33,695 nt of DNA from Acidobacteriota bacterium (GTDB lineage Bacteria > Acidobacteriota > Terriglobia > Terriglobales > Acidobacteriaceae). The notes under the pieces are model-generated. The model saw nothing but the letters and a program-made list of their open reading frames with translations, made no database searches and was not told where the DNA came from. The position numbers were made by a program, and so were the translations under genes. The DNA lies in NCBI GenBank assembly GCA_021810815.1, contig JAJZHR010000001.1, positions 1 through 33,695 on the forward strand. Direction: 5' to 3'. Positions 17,021-26,609 of the stretch are shown one piece after another (position 1 is the stretch's first letter; every line of letters begins with the position of its first letter).

Positions 17021-20000
17021 ATGCCCCGGCTAATCGCTGCCGCCGTGACGCGCTGCGTCGCGCTCGCCATTCTTTGCTTCGTCGCTCTGCTATTCGTCTT
17101 GCTGCTGGTCTGCATCCCCGCGTACGCCCAGCACACCACGATTCTCGGCAACGAGTTCCAGGACCTCAGCGGAACGCTGATGCAGCAGGGATATCTCTGC
17201 CTCGCGCCGGTGAACGCCAACGGGCAGAGCACTGGGTTCGCGCTCACCGGCGTCGGCCAGGTCAACTCCGCCCAGCACTGCTATTCCATCGTCAACGGCT
17301 CCATAGGCACAGCCGACCAGGTCGCCGACACCTCGATGAGCACCCCTGCCGTGAAGTACGTCGTCACCATCAGCGGCGTCACGCACCAGGTTCTCTACCA
17401 GTATCCGCAGCCTATCTCGATCACAGGAGCGTCGTTCAGCTTCGACGCCTACACGCCGCCCGTCGTCGTCGCGCAGCCGCTCGGCAACATCGTCACCTAC
17501 GACTCGGGTCCGCCGGCCGCTCCCTGCGCCTTTCCCGCGATCTACATCCAGTCGAACGCTACCACTGGCAACGTGTGGGCCTGCATCGGCACCACCTGGG
17601 TGCAGCAGCTCACCAATAACGCCGCGCTGCCGCTCGCTGGAGGCAACATGACCGGGCCCATAGTCCTCGCGGCTGATCCCACCAGCGCCTTGCAGGCGGC
17701 AACCAAGCAGTATGTGGACGCCAACAGCGGCACCGGAGCTGTCAAGTTTACTCCCACAGTCGCGCAGAATGTATCGCAGCCCGGCAGCACCACGCTCGGC
17801 GTCAACTCGCTGAACGCTGTGCTCCACGCGATCTACTACCAGTCGCCGGCTGGAACCGGGAACAACGGCATCGCCAACGCCTTCGCCTCGGCCGCTTGCG
17901 CCAGCGGATGCACGGTGGTTGCCGACCCCGATTATTCGAATGTGGAGTTGGCGACCTATCCGACCATCGCAGGACAACACCTGATTGATCTGCGGCAGGG
18001 TGAGAACACGCACTATCTGACAAACCCTCTTTACAGTCACTCCGGCTGCGGCGTCACATCAGGACCAGCAGCGCAGGACACAGGCCTGAACGCAGAGGAG
18101 CACTGCTACCTCATCAATGCTCTGAACGCGCGGCAGTACGGAGCAGTGAACTACGTCAAGTTCGCAGGCTTGGGTGATAGCAACGGAAACAATGCTACGA
18201 CGGCGGGTAATTGGTGGGCTGCGCGGGGCTTCCAGTTTATTACCGAGTGCTGGACGGAAGGCATTTGCGATGGCACGGATATCTTCCTGAACAAGTACAG
18301 CGTCGGTGATGCGAATGGCTTCAACGTCAACGTCTGGGCCGCTGGCGGAGCGAAAGCTGTCTCCGATGAGGGAATCAAGGGCGAGACGTTTGTAGTCGGA
18401 GAACTTACTGCGTACCCTCACGCGACGATTGCAACAGGAGCAAGCTCAGGCTCTACTTTCCTTACGACAACCACACCATCAGGCGACACGCACTTCATCC
18501 CCGGCGCATATCTGGTAGACATCACGCAGGGCGGTACTTCCGGCGGAGTGGTGGCGACGGCAGTAAATGGCTTTGGTGGACCGAACTATACAGTCACTGG
18601 AGCGACTGTGCCGGTATCGACAGCATGGGGAACGCTAAGCGCGGCTTGCAATGGTCCCGGGAGCATGGCTCAGTACGCAAGTGTGAGTTGCTCGGTCACA
18701 GTAACTTCCGGCACATTCGTTGCGGGCGGAGTCTGCCTCGGCGGAGGGCCATTCTATGAGTATGCTTCACTGACCTCGCCGAGCACTCTTAGCGGAGGCC
18801 TTCAGACCTTCACGATCTCGATCCGAAATGCCTATAACACTGGCGCCGCGATGATGCAGGGAGGATTGTGTGGCCAAGGGTTGACGGATGCGAATGATAC
18901 AGGATGGCGGACGACGTACCCTATCCTTGGCGCAACTGCAAATAACACAATTGTCTTCTTCGATGCCAATCGATCAGCGGATAGTATCTCGATGGAGACG
19001 CTTCCCGTGGGCACCACGCTCGCGCTCTATCCGATGGCTGAGATCATCGGCACCGGCGGCGGCGTGGCCAACACGGTGAACCTTGCGACGAACAACGTCA
19101 ATTTCACAGCAAACGATGCTGTCGAGAACCCTCACCTTTCTGCTGTCAATCTAGCTGGCGTGAACACAACTATGACTCAGGTTTCGCGGTCGAACAATTC
19201 TGGATCATATATGTGGCAGACAACCTTCAACTGCGTCAAGACCTATAGCTGTAGCAATGCTACTATGTGGAATTTGTTGGTTACTGGCCAGTCAACGCCT
19301 TACACTTTCATGAATTTCTCATCATATATTCCGATATGGTTCTATTCTAATGTGGCGATGCCGCAGAGCTACATTGATGTCCACAACTCCCCTGATCCTG
19401 GAAGAGACGTACCTTTATTTAATCTTCCATACAACACCAAGTTGCTTTATAACACTGGCGGCGGACTTGAAGACACGTCAGCATTTACAGTCGATGACGT
19501 GCTCGCTGTTGCTTTTGGGAGCAATCTAGGCGGCACGACGAATATTACAGGCACGATGAATGCCTCCGGCACTAATAACATCTCCGGCACTAATAACATC
19601 TCCGGCACGACAGGCATCACGGGCAACTCCGGCACGCCTGTAAGCCTTCATGGAGCCGTGAACGAGACATCGCAGCCGAGTCTCCAGTCGCCACCGCCTG
19701 TGCTCACTTTGACGAATGTTTACACCGGAGCGGCGGGAGCATTCGCACACAGCTACTCTATAGCGGGTGTGACTGCGTCTGGCCAGACAACCCTGAACTG
19801 GCAGTCGAATAACAACTACATTCAGCCAAATTCGTCTGCAGGGAACACCATCGAAACGCTCGATGCTGCTGACTATGTGACGATCACATGCCCAACCTCA
19901 GCGCAGATGCCCGGCTTCACGTCAGCGAATGTTTTTTTGGTCACTGCGGCAGGCAGTCTGCCGCACTACCTTGGCAACTGCCCGTTTGGTGATACGTTTG

Positions 20001-20677
20001 TCGATAACTTTTCCGACAGCCAGAACCAGACCACAGGCGGCGTCAGCACGGGTTATTCGGTTCCCTTTGTCGGCGGCACAGTTGACCTGGATCGCCGCTA
20101 CGGCAAAGGCATCGGGTGGTACGATCTGGCGAATGCCAGCAGCAGCCAGACCACTCCAGACACGCACCTGAGCAGCCCCGCAGTCGGCACTGTCAGCGTG
20201 GACGGCAGCACGGTTGGCGACGGCCAAGGAACACTGATCGCCAAGACGGCAACGCTGGCCAGTGGAACTGTGGGCGGCTCGGCGATCTGTACGGCGGCAG
20301 GTGGGGCTACTTGCCCTAGCGCTCCTGTCACGTCCGTCTTTGGTCGCACCGGGCCAGTCGTAGCTGCGGTTGGCGACTACTCAGTAGCGCAGGTGACTGG
20401 GGCAGCCGCAGCGAGTGCATTGCCTCTACGCGGGACAAGTGCAGCCTTCGCCCCAGGAGCACTTGCTGCCGGTGCCTGTGCCATTCAAACAGCCACTGCT
20501 ATCGCAGGTGCAAAAACTACGATGGTGGCTCGTGTGTCGCCTGTATCTGACCCTGGAGCGGGTCTCGTATGGCAGGAGGTTTTGACTGACGGAAACGTCG
20601 CTGTGCGCCTCTGCAACGCCACGGCAGCCTCCATCACGCCAGCCAGCACAGCCTACAACATCGCGGTGATTCAGTAG
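17021..20677 (+). CDS. Large tail fibre / receptor-binding protein with a signal-peptide-like N-terminus
   Basis: 1218 aa from ATG 17021. The fibre motifs LPLAGGNMTGPIVLAADPTSALQAATKQYVD and VTSVFGRTGPVVAAVGDYS are present. The N-terminus is MPRLIAAAVTRCVALAILCFVALLFVLLLVCIPAYA-Q. Confidence 0.7.
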   Translation: MPRLIAAAVTRCVALAILCFVALLFVLLLVCIPAYAQHTTILGNEFQDLSGTLMQQGYLCLAPVNANGQSTGFALTGVGQVNSAQHCYSIVNGSIGTADQVADTSMSTPAVKYVVTISGVTHQVLYQYPQPISITGASFSFDAYTPPVVVAQPLGNIVTYDSGPPAAPCAFPAIYIQSNATTGNVWACIGTTWVQQLTNNAALPLAGGNMTGPIVLAADPTSALQAATKQYVDANSGTGAVKFTPTVAQNVSQPGSTTLGVNSLNAVLHAIYYQSPAGTGNNGIANAFASAACASGCTVVADPDYSNVELATYPTIAGQHLIDLRQGENTHYLTNPLYSHSGCGVTSGPAAQDTGLNAEEHCYLINALNARQYGAVNYVKFAGLGDSNGNNATTAGNWWAARGFQFITECWTEGICDGTDIFLNKYSVGDANGFNVNVWAAGGAKAVSDEGIKGETFVVGELTAYPHATIATGASSGSTFLTTTTPSGDTHFIPGAYLVDITQGGTSGGVVATAVNGFGGPNYTVTGATVPVSTAWGTLSAACNGPGSMAQYASVSCSVTVTSGTFVAGGVCLGGGPFYEYASLTSPSTLSGGLQTFTISIRNAYNTGAAMMQGGLCGQGLTDANDTGWRTTYPILGATANNTIVFFDANRSADSISMETLPVGTTLALYPMAEIIGTGGGVANTVNLATNNVNFTANDAVENPHLSAVNLAGVNTTMTQVSRSNNSGSYMWQTTFNCVKTYSCSNATMWNLLVTGQSTPYTFMNFSSYIPIWFYSNVAMPQSYIDVHNSPDPGRDVPLFNLPYNTKLLYNTGGGLEDTSAFTVDDVLAVAFGSNLGGTTNITGTMNASGTNNISGTNNISGTTGITGNSGTPVSLHGAVNETSQPSLQSPPPVLTLTNVYTGAAGAFAHSYSIAGVTASGQTTLNWQSNNNYIQPNSSAGNTIETLDAADYVTITCPTSAQMPGFTSANVFLVTAAGSLPHYLGNCPFGDTFVDNFSDSQNQTTGGVSTGYSVPFVGGTVDLDRRYGKGIGWYDLANASSSQTTPDTHLSSPAVGTVSVDGSTVGDGQGTLIAKTATLASGTVGGSAICTAAGGATCPSAPVTSVFGRTGPVVAAVGDYSVAQVTGAAAASALPLRGTSAAFAPGALAAGACAIQTATAIAGAKTTMVARVSPVSDPGAGLVWQEVLTDGNVAVRLCNATAASITPASTAYNIAVIQ
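19532..19639 (+). repeat. Six tandem 18-bp units encoding the hexapeptide G-T-x-N-I/A-T/S; two units are identical
   Basis: ggcactaataacatctcc is repeated exactly at 19568..19585 and 19586..19603. Degenerate units flank it (GTTNIT, GTMNAS, GTNNIS, GTNNIS, GTTGIT, GNSGTP). Confidence 0.85.
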
Positions 20678-20690
20678 CTCTGGAGCAATC

Positions 20691-21353
20691 ATGATTCTTG
20701 GCACAGTCAATGGCGCGAGCATCGTCGCGCTTCCCAGCGATACCGACCCTCTGTGCGCCGCGCCGTCGAGCATCGAGTGGGATCCGCAGGAAGCCGTCGC
20801 CTGCACCAGTAATCCCTTCACTGGGGCCGAGCAGCTCTTCGATTGGGGCGCGAGCTGGTGGCAGGGCCAGCTCAGCTTCCGCTCGATGACGCGCTACTCG
20901 GCCGACGTGTGGCAGGCGTTCATCCTGGAGCTGCGCGGCGGCATCAACGTCTTCAGCATCGGCGATCCTCTGCGCGTCGCGCCGAAAGGCGTCCCGCTTG
21001 GCGCTCCGCTCGTCTCCGGAGCTGGCCAGGTCGGCTACTCCCTCGTCACGCGCGGTTGGCAGCCCAACAGTGTCGGCCTGCTGCTTCCCGGCGACTACTT
21101 CTCTGTGCCCATCGGCCCCGGCCCTGGGACGAGGCTCTATCGGGCGCTGGAGGCGGTGAGTTCCGACGCGAGCGGCAGCGCCACCATTAGCTTCTGGCCG
21201 CCGCTGCGGGATCAGCCAGGAGATGGAGTCGCCATCGCCACCAGCAACTGCACTGGGCTCTTCCGGCTCGCGGCTAACAAGGGCAACAAATTCAGCGTCA
21301 ACGCGACCACGCTGGACGGATTCACAGGACTTGCCATCCGGGAGGCAATCTAG
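20691..21353 (+). CDS. Distal tail protein-like baseplate component
   Basis: 220 aa and first of four tightly packed tail-tip genes. The call rests on position plus a weak pattern (GYSLVTRGWQPNSVGLLLPGDYFSV and ISFWPPLRD). Confidence 0.45.
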   Translation: MILGTVNGASIVALPSDTDPLCAAPSSIEWDPQEAVACTSNPFTGAEQLFDWGASWWQGQLSFRSMTRYSADVWQAFILELRGGINVFSIGDPLRVAPKGVPLGAPLVSGAGQVGYSLVTRGWQPNSVGLLLPGDYFSVPIGPGPGTRLYRALEAVSSDASGSATISFWPPLRDQPGDGVAIATSNCTGLFRLAANKGNKFSVNATTLDGFTGLAIREAI

Positions 21354-21355
21354 CG

Positions 21356-21937
21356 ATGCCCCGCCAAGCCTCCGCCGCCATGCTCGCCGCTCTCGCCGCT
21401 CCCGTTGTTCGGTGCGCCCTGTTCGTCCAGGCGCAGTTCGCCGCATCCACGCTCAACCTCTGGAGCGGCCTGGGCAACACCGTCTGGAACGGCCAGAGCT
21501 GGAGCGGCGTCTACGGGATGCACGAGATCTCCGTCATCAGCGAGGATTCCACTGTGGAGGCGCGGGGCATCACGCTGGCGCTCTCCGGCATCCCGTCCGA
21601 CCTGATCTCGGATGTGCTGGCGGAGCTGCGCGTCGGCCTTCCTGTCAGCGTATGGCTCGCCTGCTACGACGCGAGCGGCAACCTGATCGCATCGCCCATC
21701 CTCGCCTACGCGGGCCGCATCGACCAGCCCACCATCGACGACTCCGGCGAGACGTGCTCCGTCGCGATCAACGTCGAGAATGTGCTCGTGGACCTCAACC
21801 GCTCTGTCTGGCGTCGCTACTCGCCAGACGACTTGCAGATAGTCGCGCACGGCGACGCAGGCTTCCAATTCGTTCCCGGCATCCAGGAGATCACCACCTA
21901 CTGGGGACGGCTGCCAGCCAACTACAACAACCGCTGA
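21356..21937 (+). CDS. Tail hub-like protein (DUF2163 / GTA g13 N-terminal-like)
   Basis: 193 aa. CALFVQAQFAASTLNLWSGLGNTVWNGQSW and LAYAGRIDQPTIDDSG resemble DUF2163-type proteins. It sits between the Dit-like and papain-fold genes. Confidence 0.45.
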   Translation: MPRQASAAMLAALAAPVVRCALFVQAQFAASTLNLWSGLGNTVWNGQSWSGVYGMHEISVISEDSTVEARGITLALSGIPSDLISDVLAELRVGLPVSVWLACYDASGNLIASPILAYAGRIDQPTIDDSGETCSVAINVENVLVDLNRSVWRRYSPDDLQIVAHGDAGFQFVPGIQEITTYWGRLPANYNNR

Positions 21938-21947
21938 GAGGACTGCG

Positions 21948-22379
21948 ATGACCCGACTGCCCAATTGGCAATCCGCGCTGGAGGCGCACCTGCGCGCCTC
22001 CGCCCAGGTGCGCTTCGCCTACGGCGCGATGGACTGCTGCCTCTTCGCCTGCGACGCCGTCCTCGCCATGACCGGAGAGGATCTCGCAGCCTCGTTTCGT
22101 GGCAAGTATTCCACGCGGCGCGAGGCTTCCATCGCGATACGCTCTTACTGCGGCAGTCCGCTCGTGCGCTCGCTTGCGGAGCGGATCGCGCGCGATCGCG
22201 CCATACCGGACGTGGATGTTGCTCACGCGCGGCGCGGCGACGTGGTGCTGCATGGCAGGAATCTGGGCGAATCCCTGGGCATCGTCTCGCTCGATGGCAC
22301 GGAGATGATCGCGGTCGCGCAGGACGGCCTCTGGCGGCTGCCGCTATGCATGGCGAAGCGAGCATGGAGGATCGGCTAA
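21948..22379 (+). CDS. NlpC/P60-like (papain-fold) tail-associated protein, DUF6950-like
   Basis: FAYGAMDCCLFACDAVLAMTGEDL carries a candidate catalytic Cys, and ARRGDVVLHG a candidate His. At 143 aa it occupies the position of the GTA g14 / lambda K-type gene. Confidence 0.5.
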   Translation: MTRLPNWQSALEAHLRASAQVRFAYGAMDCCLFACDAVLAMTGEDLAASFRGKYSTRREASIAIRSYCGSPLVRSLAERIARDRAIPDVDVAHARRGDVVLHGRNLGESLGIVSLDGTEMIAVAQDGLWRLPLCMAKRAWRIG

Positions 22380-25336
22380 TGGCCAAGGTAGGCGAAGCGA
22401 TCGGAGGAGCGGCCCTGCTCGCTGCAGGCATTGCACTCGATGTGATGACGGCGGGCACGGCGACCCCGTTCGAAGCGGCGCTCGCCAGCTTCCTCATCGG
22501 CACAGGCGCGTCCCTCGCGCTCACAGGCGTCGGCGGCCTGATCGCCGGGAATCCACAGGCGGGCCTCGCCGTCGCCAACCGCAACCCCATCCAGCAGTGG
22601 CAGTACCTCTACGGCACCTGCAAGGTGGGACCCACGATCATCTTCGAGACCACCAATTCTTCCCAAGACACCTCGAACGACAAGCAGCTCCATAGGGTGA
22701 TGATTCTGTCCTGCCATTCCTGCCAGGGCAATGTCCAGTTGCGCCTCGACGGCCAGCCGGTGCCGATGACCTATCTCGGCACCGTCAACGACGCCCTGCA
22801 ATACGTGAGCTACACGCCGACGCAGACCAACGTCCTCATCGGCACCATCTCGCGCAGCAACGGCCTCGCCACCATCGTGCTGGAGCAGGCGCTGCCCGGC
22901 CAGAACGGGCTGCGCCTCGCCATCACCTATGTCGGCGTCAACAGCCCCAACAACGAGTACAACGCCTTCAACGGGATCTGGATCGTCGCGCAGCCGAACG
23001 CGAACGATGCCACCACCTTCACCTTCGTCAACGGCGGACCAGACCTCGCACCCACCACCGGCCTCGGCGGCGTCGCATCCACCACCTATCCCGACTACGC
23101 AGACAAGGTCTACCTCGAAGTGCAGCTCGGCAACCAGACGCAGACCTTCCCCGGCCTGCTCGCGTCCGGAACCGGCTGGGGGCCGAAGTGCGTCTGCGCC
23201 GGATTTACCGTCGCCTACCTGCGGCTCGGATACGCGGACGAATACTTCGGCGGCGGCATCCCGCAGACCAGCTTCGTCATCGACGGCAAGAAGGACATCC
23301 TCGACCCCCGCACCAACACGCGAGGCTTCACCGACAATGCGGCACTCTGCGTCGCCGACTTCATGTCGCTGGACACCTCTGTCGGAGGCTTCGGCCTCGC
23401 CATCGGAACCAACATCCAGACGGCCCAGCTCTCGGCCGCCGCCAACATCTGCGACGAGCCGATCAACCTGGCCGCAGGGGGCACCGAGCCGCGATACACC
23501 TGCAACGCCATCGTGCCGCTCAACATGACGCGCGGAGCCATCCTCGCGCACCTGCTGGCCACCTGCGCTGGACGCCTCAGCTACCAGGGAGGCATCTACA
23601 ATATCCTGCCCGGAGCGTGGGTCGGTTCCACCTTCGCGCTCACGGTGGCCGACCTCGTGGGGCCGATCCAGCTCAAGCCGCGCCTCTCCATCCGCGACAC
23701 CTGCAACGGGGTCAAAGGCACCTACATCGCCGCTGCGAACGACTACCAGATGGCCGATTTTCCCATCTACATCCAGGACGCCTACCACGGCTACGCCACC
23801 GACCAGTACCTGCTGGAGGATGGAGGCGAGCGCATCTTCCGCGATGTCGCGCTCAGCGGCTGCAACTCGCCCTCGATGGCGCAGCGCCTCGCCAAGATCG
23901 AGCTGATGCGCACCCGCTACCAGGGCCGCTACACGGTGCGATGCACCATGCGCGCGTACCAGGTCGTCGCCCTCGATGTCATCACCATCACCCTCGCGAA
24001 GTACGGCTGGAGCAACAAGCTAATGGAGGTTCTGGCCTCGCGCTTCGTGCAGCACGTCTCCGGGCAGGATGGAGCGGCCGCGCTGCTGGTGGAACTCGAC
24101 CTGGCAGACACAGACCCGTCCATCTACGACTGGTACATCACGGAGGAGTTGTCGCCGCAAGGCTACGCTTCGCCAGCGCAGCGAGAGACCTACTACTGTC
24201 CGGAGCCCGAGCAGCTCACGCTCTACTCTGGACCCGGAGCGACGATCAATGGCACTGTTTATCCCAGCACGATCCACACAGGAGCTGACGGAATCTCGCG
24301 TAACTCTCTCTACGCCGTGTGGCTCGCGCCGAACGACGGCTACGTGCTGCAGGGCGGCGGCTACATCGAGATCCAGTACCAGCGCGTCGGCGATGCGGCG
24401 TGGCAGACCTATGCCCGCGTGGACGCCGCATCGGTCACCTATTGCTTCATCCAGCCCGTCTCCGACGGCCTGCAATACCTAGTGCGCATCCGCGCCGTCA
24501 ACTGCGCCGGCACTCCGTCTGCTTGGGTGGATGCTGGTCCTGAGACGATCAGCTCAACGCTCTCGATGATCGCGTATTCCGGCGTTCAGGCGGCCGCGAA
24601 CGGCACTCTGATCGGGATCGCCAACGCCGACGGCACTGGGTCGATCCTTATCGGCGCGTTCACGGCGATGATCGGAGCGCAGACTGCCTCGTGCTCGCCC
24701 AGCCCGAGCGAAATCGACGGCCTCAACCAGGGCCAGCTTTACGAGGTGTATTACATCGATCCGTATTTCGCTGGCGGGATCATCGCTCCAGTCGCGACGC
24801 AGAACACAGCCGATTATCTCAGCAAAGCTGGTTATTTCCTTATCGGAACTGTCTACGTTCCTAGCGGGTCGCCGGTCTATCGGCCAACCACCTACAGCGA
24901 TACGGGAGCGCTGCCGACGCAGACGCCCATCGCGGCGTATGGCGGCGATCTATCCACCAGCGCCGTGGTCATCGGCTATTCCCAACTTTCGTCTGGAGGT
25001 ATGAAGACGTATGTCTACGGCTCCTGCACATGGTCTGGATTCGCAGCCTTCACGGCCCCGGCGGCGATGAAGTTGACCGTGCGCGCCGCCTTCACAGGAA
25101 CGCTCCGATCAGGGGAGGGAGCTGTGACCGCCACCATAGCAGGAGTCACAACCACGATGGCCTCCGAGTTCACGGCGACCGACCTGGGCGCGACCTACTA
25201 CACGCTCGTCGTGCCGGCGGGAACCGATCTGAGCAGCGTAAGCGTCAATGCGGCGATCTCCGGAGGCAATGTCAGCACGGCACCGCTCGGCAGATACCCC
25301 GCAACAGTCAGCATCTTCGAGATCTGGATACAGTGA
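22379..25336 (+). CDS. Host specificity / central tail tip protein (lambda J / GTA g15-like) with an FN3-like domain
   Basis: 985 aa with a TAATG overlap. It is the largest tail-tip gene and follows the papain-fold protein. An FN3-like stretch reads IEIQYQRVGDAAWQTYARVDAASVTYCFIQPVSDGLQYLVRIRAVNCAGTPSAW. Confidence 0.7.
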   Translation: MAKVGEAIGGAALLAAGIALDVMTAGTATPFEAALASFLIGTGASLALTGVGGLIAGNPQAGLAVANRNPIQQWQYLYGTCKVGPTIIFETTNSSQDTSNDKQLHRVMILSCHSCQGNVQLRLDGQPVPMTYLGTVNDALQYVSYTPTQTNVLIGTISRSNGLATIVLEQALPGQNGLRLAITYVGVNSPNNEYNAFNGIWIVAQPNANDATTFTFVNGGPDLAPTTGLGGVASTTYPDYADKVYLEVQLGNQTQTFPGLLASGTGWGPKCVCAGFTVAYLRLGYADEYFGGGIPQTSFVIDGKKDILDPRTNTRGFTDNAALCVADFMSLDTSVGGFGLAIGTNIQTAQLSAAANICDEPINLAAGGTEPRYTCNAIVPLNMTRGAILAHLLATCAGRLSYQGGIYNILPGAWVGSTFALTVADLVGPIQLKPRLSIRDTCNGVKGTYIAAANDYQMADFPIYIQDAYHGYATDQYLLEDGGERIFRDVALSGCNSPSMAQRLAKIELMRTRYQGRYTVRCTMRAYQVVALDVITITLAKYGWSNKLMEVLASRFVQHVSGQDGAAALLVELDLADTDPSIYDWYITEELSPQGYASPAQRETYYCPEPEQLTLYSGPGATINGTVYPSTIHTGADGISRNSLYAVWLAPNDGYVLQGGGYIEIQYQRVGDAAWQTYARVDAASVTYCFIQPVSDGLQYLVRIRAVNCAGTPSAWVDAGPETISSTLSMIAYSGVQAAANGTLIGIANADGTGSILIGAFTAMIGAQTASCSPSPSEIDGLNQGQLYEVYYIDPYFAGGIIAPVATQNTADYLSKAGYFLIGTVYVPSGSPVYRPTTYSDTGALPTQTPIAAYGGDLSTSAVVIGYSQLSSGGMKTYVYGSCTWSGFAAFTAPAAMKLTVRAAFTGTLRSGEGAVTATIAGVTTTMASEFTATDLGATYYTLVVPAGTDLSSVSVNAAISGGNVSTAPLGRYPATVSIFEIWIQ

Positions 25337-25343
25337 TTCAATC

Positions 25344-26528
25344 TCAGCAATTGGCCAGCATCTCTCTTTCGCCGATGCGCACTGATCCCGAGGGCTTCTT
25401 TCCTGGCTCGATGGCGAGCACAGCCTCGTATTTAACGCGGGTGCGCTGATGGGCGTAGTACTCCATCATCCGGCGGCCGACGTGCCCGGCGATGGCCTGC
25501 ACCGTCTCCGGATTCACATCGTTCTCCAGCAGCCGAGTGATGCAGTGGTGGCGCAGATCGTGGGGATTCAGGCCGGGCGTTCCAGTGGCGCGGCGGAGCT
25601 TCGTCCAGCTATCGCGCAGAAACCAGCGCGACGGCGGGAGGGAAGGGTCGTAGAGGTTGCGCTTGATGCGAAACGGGAACAGGTGGTGGTCTGGCTCGCA
25701 TGCCCCCAGGCGTAGCGCGCGGCTGTAGCACTGCTGCACAGCCCACTTCGCCGTTGGGTTCAGGGCGATCTTGCGCGGCCGCGAATTGTTTTTCACGGAG
25801 TCTTCAGGAATATAAATTTCAGGGATGTTTGCGTGGAGGAAGATGTGCTTCAGCCTCAGCCCTCGCAGCTCGATGCCGGCGGCCGTCGTGTTGTTCGTGA
25901 TCGCGGCCACGCAATAGGCGAGATGCGCCTCTGGGTGGCGCGCCGCCGCCTTCCAAAACCTCTCCTCGTCGGCCTCCGTGAGGATCTGGCGCGGGCTCCA
26001 GCTCCGCATGGGCAGCGGGAAATAATACGGCTTGATCGGGTGCCATAGACGGCAATGCGCCAGCATTCGGCAGAGCGTTCCCAGTTCGTGGTTGATCGTG
26101 GAATGTCCGGCATGCCGCTTCCAGGGCGTCGTCTCGCCATCTTCGCACTGGACCAGGTTGTGCAGGCGGGCGACCTGGTAGGCGCGCAGATGGCCTGCCG
26201 TGATCTCGCGCATTCCGAGGCCAGCAAAGAAACGGTCAAGCGCGATCAAGTAGCCGCGCGTCGTCTCGTGCGTGCGCAGACGCAAGGCTGTGGACTGCGC
26301 GCGCCGCTCCATCCAGAGCGCGGCAGCGTCCGTGAAGAGCATCGATGCCATATCGGCGGTACCACAGTGCAGCGAGTCATTGGCTGCCGAGCAGGCAGGG
26401 CACGCGATGTGATTGGGGGAATGCTGCAGGGTAGGATCCGGCGCAAACGCGCCTTTGTCGGCATAGAACTGTGGGAGGTGCATGATCCCGCTTTCGTGAG
26501 CATCGGCAGCGTAGGAGATTCCCGGCAT
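25344..26528 (-). CDS. int: Tyrosine integrase (phage integrase family)
   Basis: TAAGIELRGLRLKHI (Arg I), HDLRHHCITRL (HxxR) and GHVGRRMMEYYAH (catalytic Tyr). The start is uncertain: internal Met codons at 26483 and 26351 are alternatives. Confidence 0.85.
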   Translation of the reverse strand: MPGISYAADAHESGIMHLPQFYADKGAFAPDPTLQHSPNHIACPACSAANDSLHCGTADMASMLFTDAAALWMERRAQSTALRLRTHETTRGYLIALDRFFAGLGMREITAGHLRAYQVARLHNLVQCEDGETTPWKRHAGHSTINHELGTLCRMLAHCRLWHPIKPYYFPLPMRSWSPRQILTEADEERFWKAAARHPEAHLAYCVAAITNNTTAAGIELRGLRLKHIFLHANIPEIYIPEDSVKNNSRPRKIALNPTAKWAVQQCYSRALRLGACEPDHHLFPFRIKRNLYDPSLPPSRWFLRDSWTKLRRATGTPGLNPHDLRHHCITRLLENDVNPETVQAIAGHVGRRMMEYYAHQRTRVKYEAVLAIEPGKKPSGSVRIGEREMLANC

Positions 26529-26592
26529 CGGCGTCTATGGCGCATAGGTGGGATGCGCCTCTCAACCCATTCCGGGGAGAATCAGACTAGAT

Positions 26593-26609
26593 AATACCTT
26601 ATTGGTATT
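26593..26609. promoter_or_regulatory. Operator-like palindrome AATACC-ttatt-GGTATT in the divergent int / RHH intergenic region
   Basis: A perfect 6-bp inverted repeat lies in the most AT-rich part of the 145-bp gap. A third ATACC half-site is at 26637..26641. Confidence 0.4.

Noticed and set aside
17021-25336. Diversity-generating retroelement acting on the fibre or J-like genes
   Set aside because: No reverse transcriptase gene is present, and I saw no template/variable repeat pair. The only repeat in the fibre is the 18-bp tandem array.
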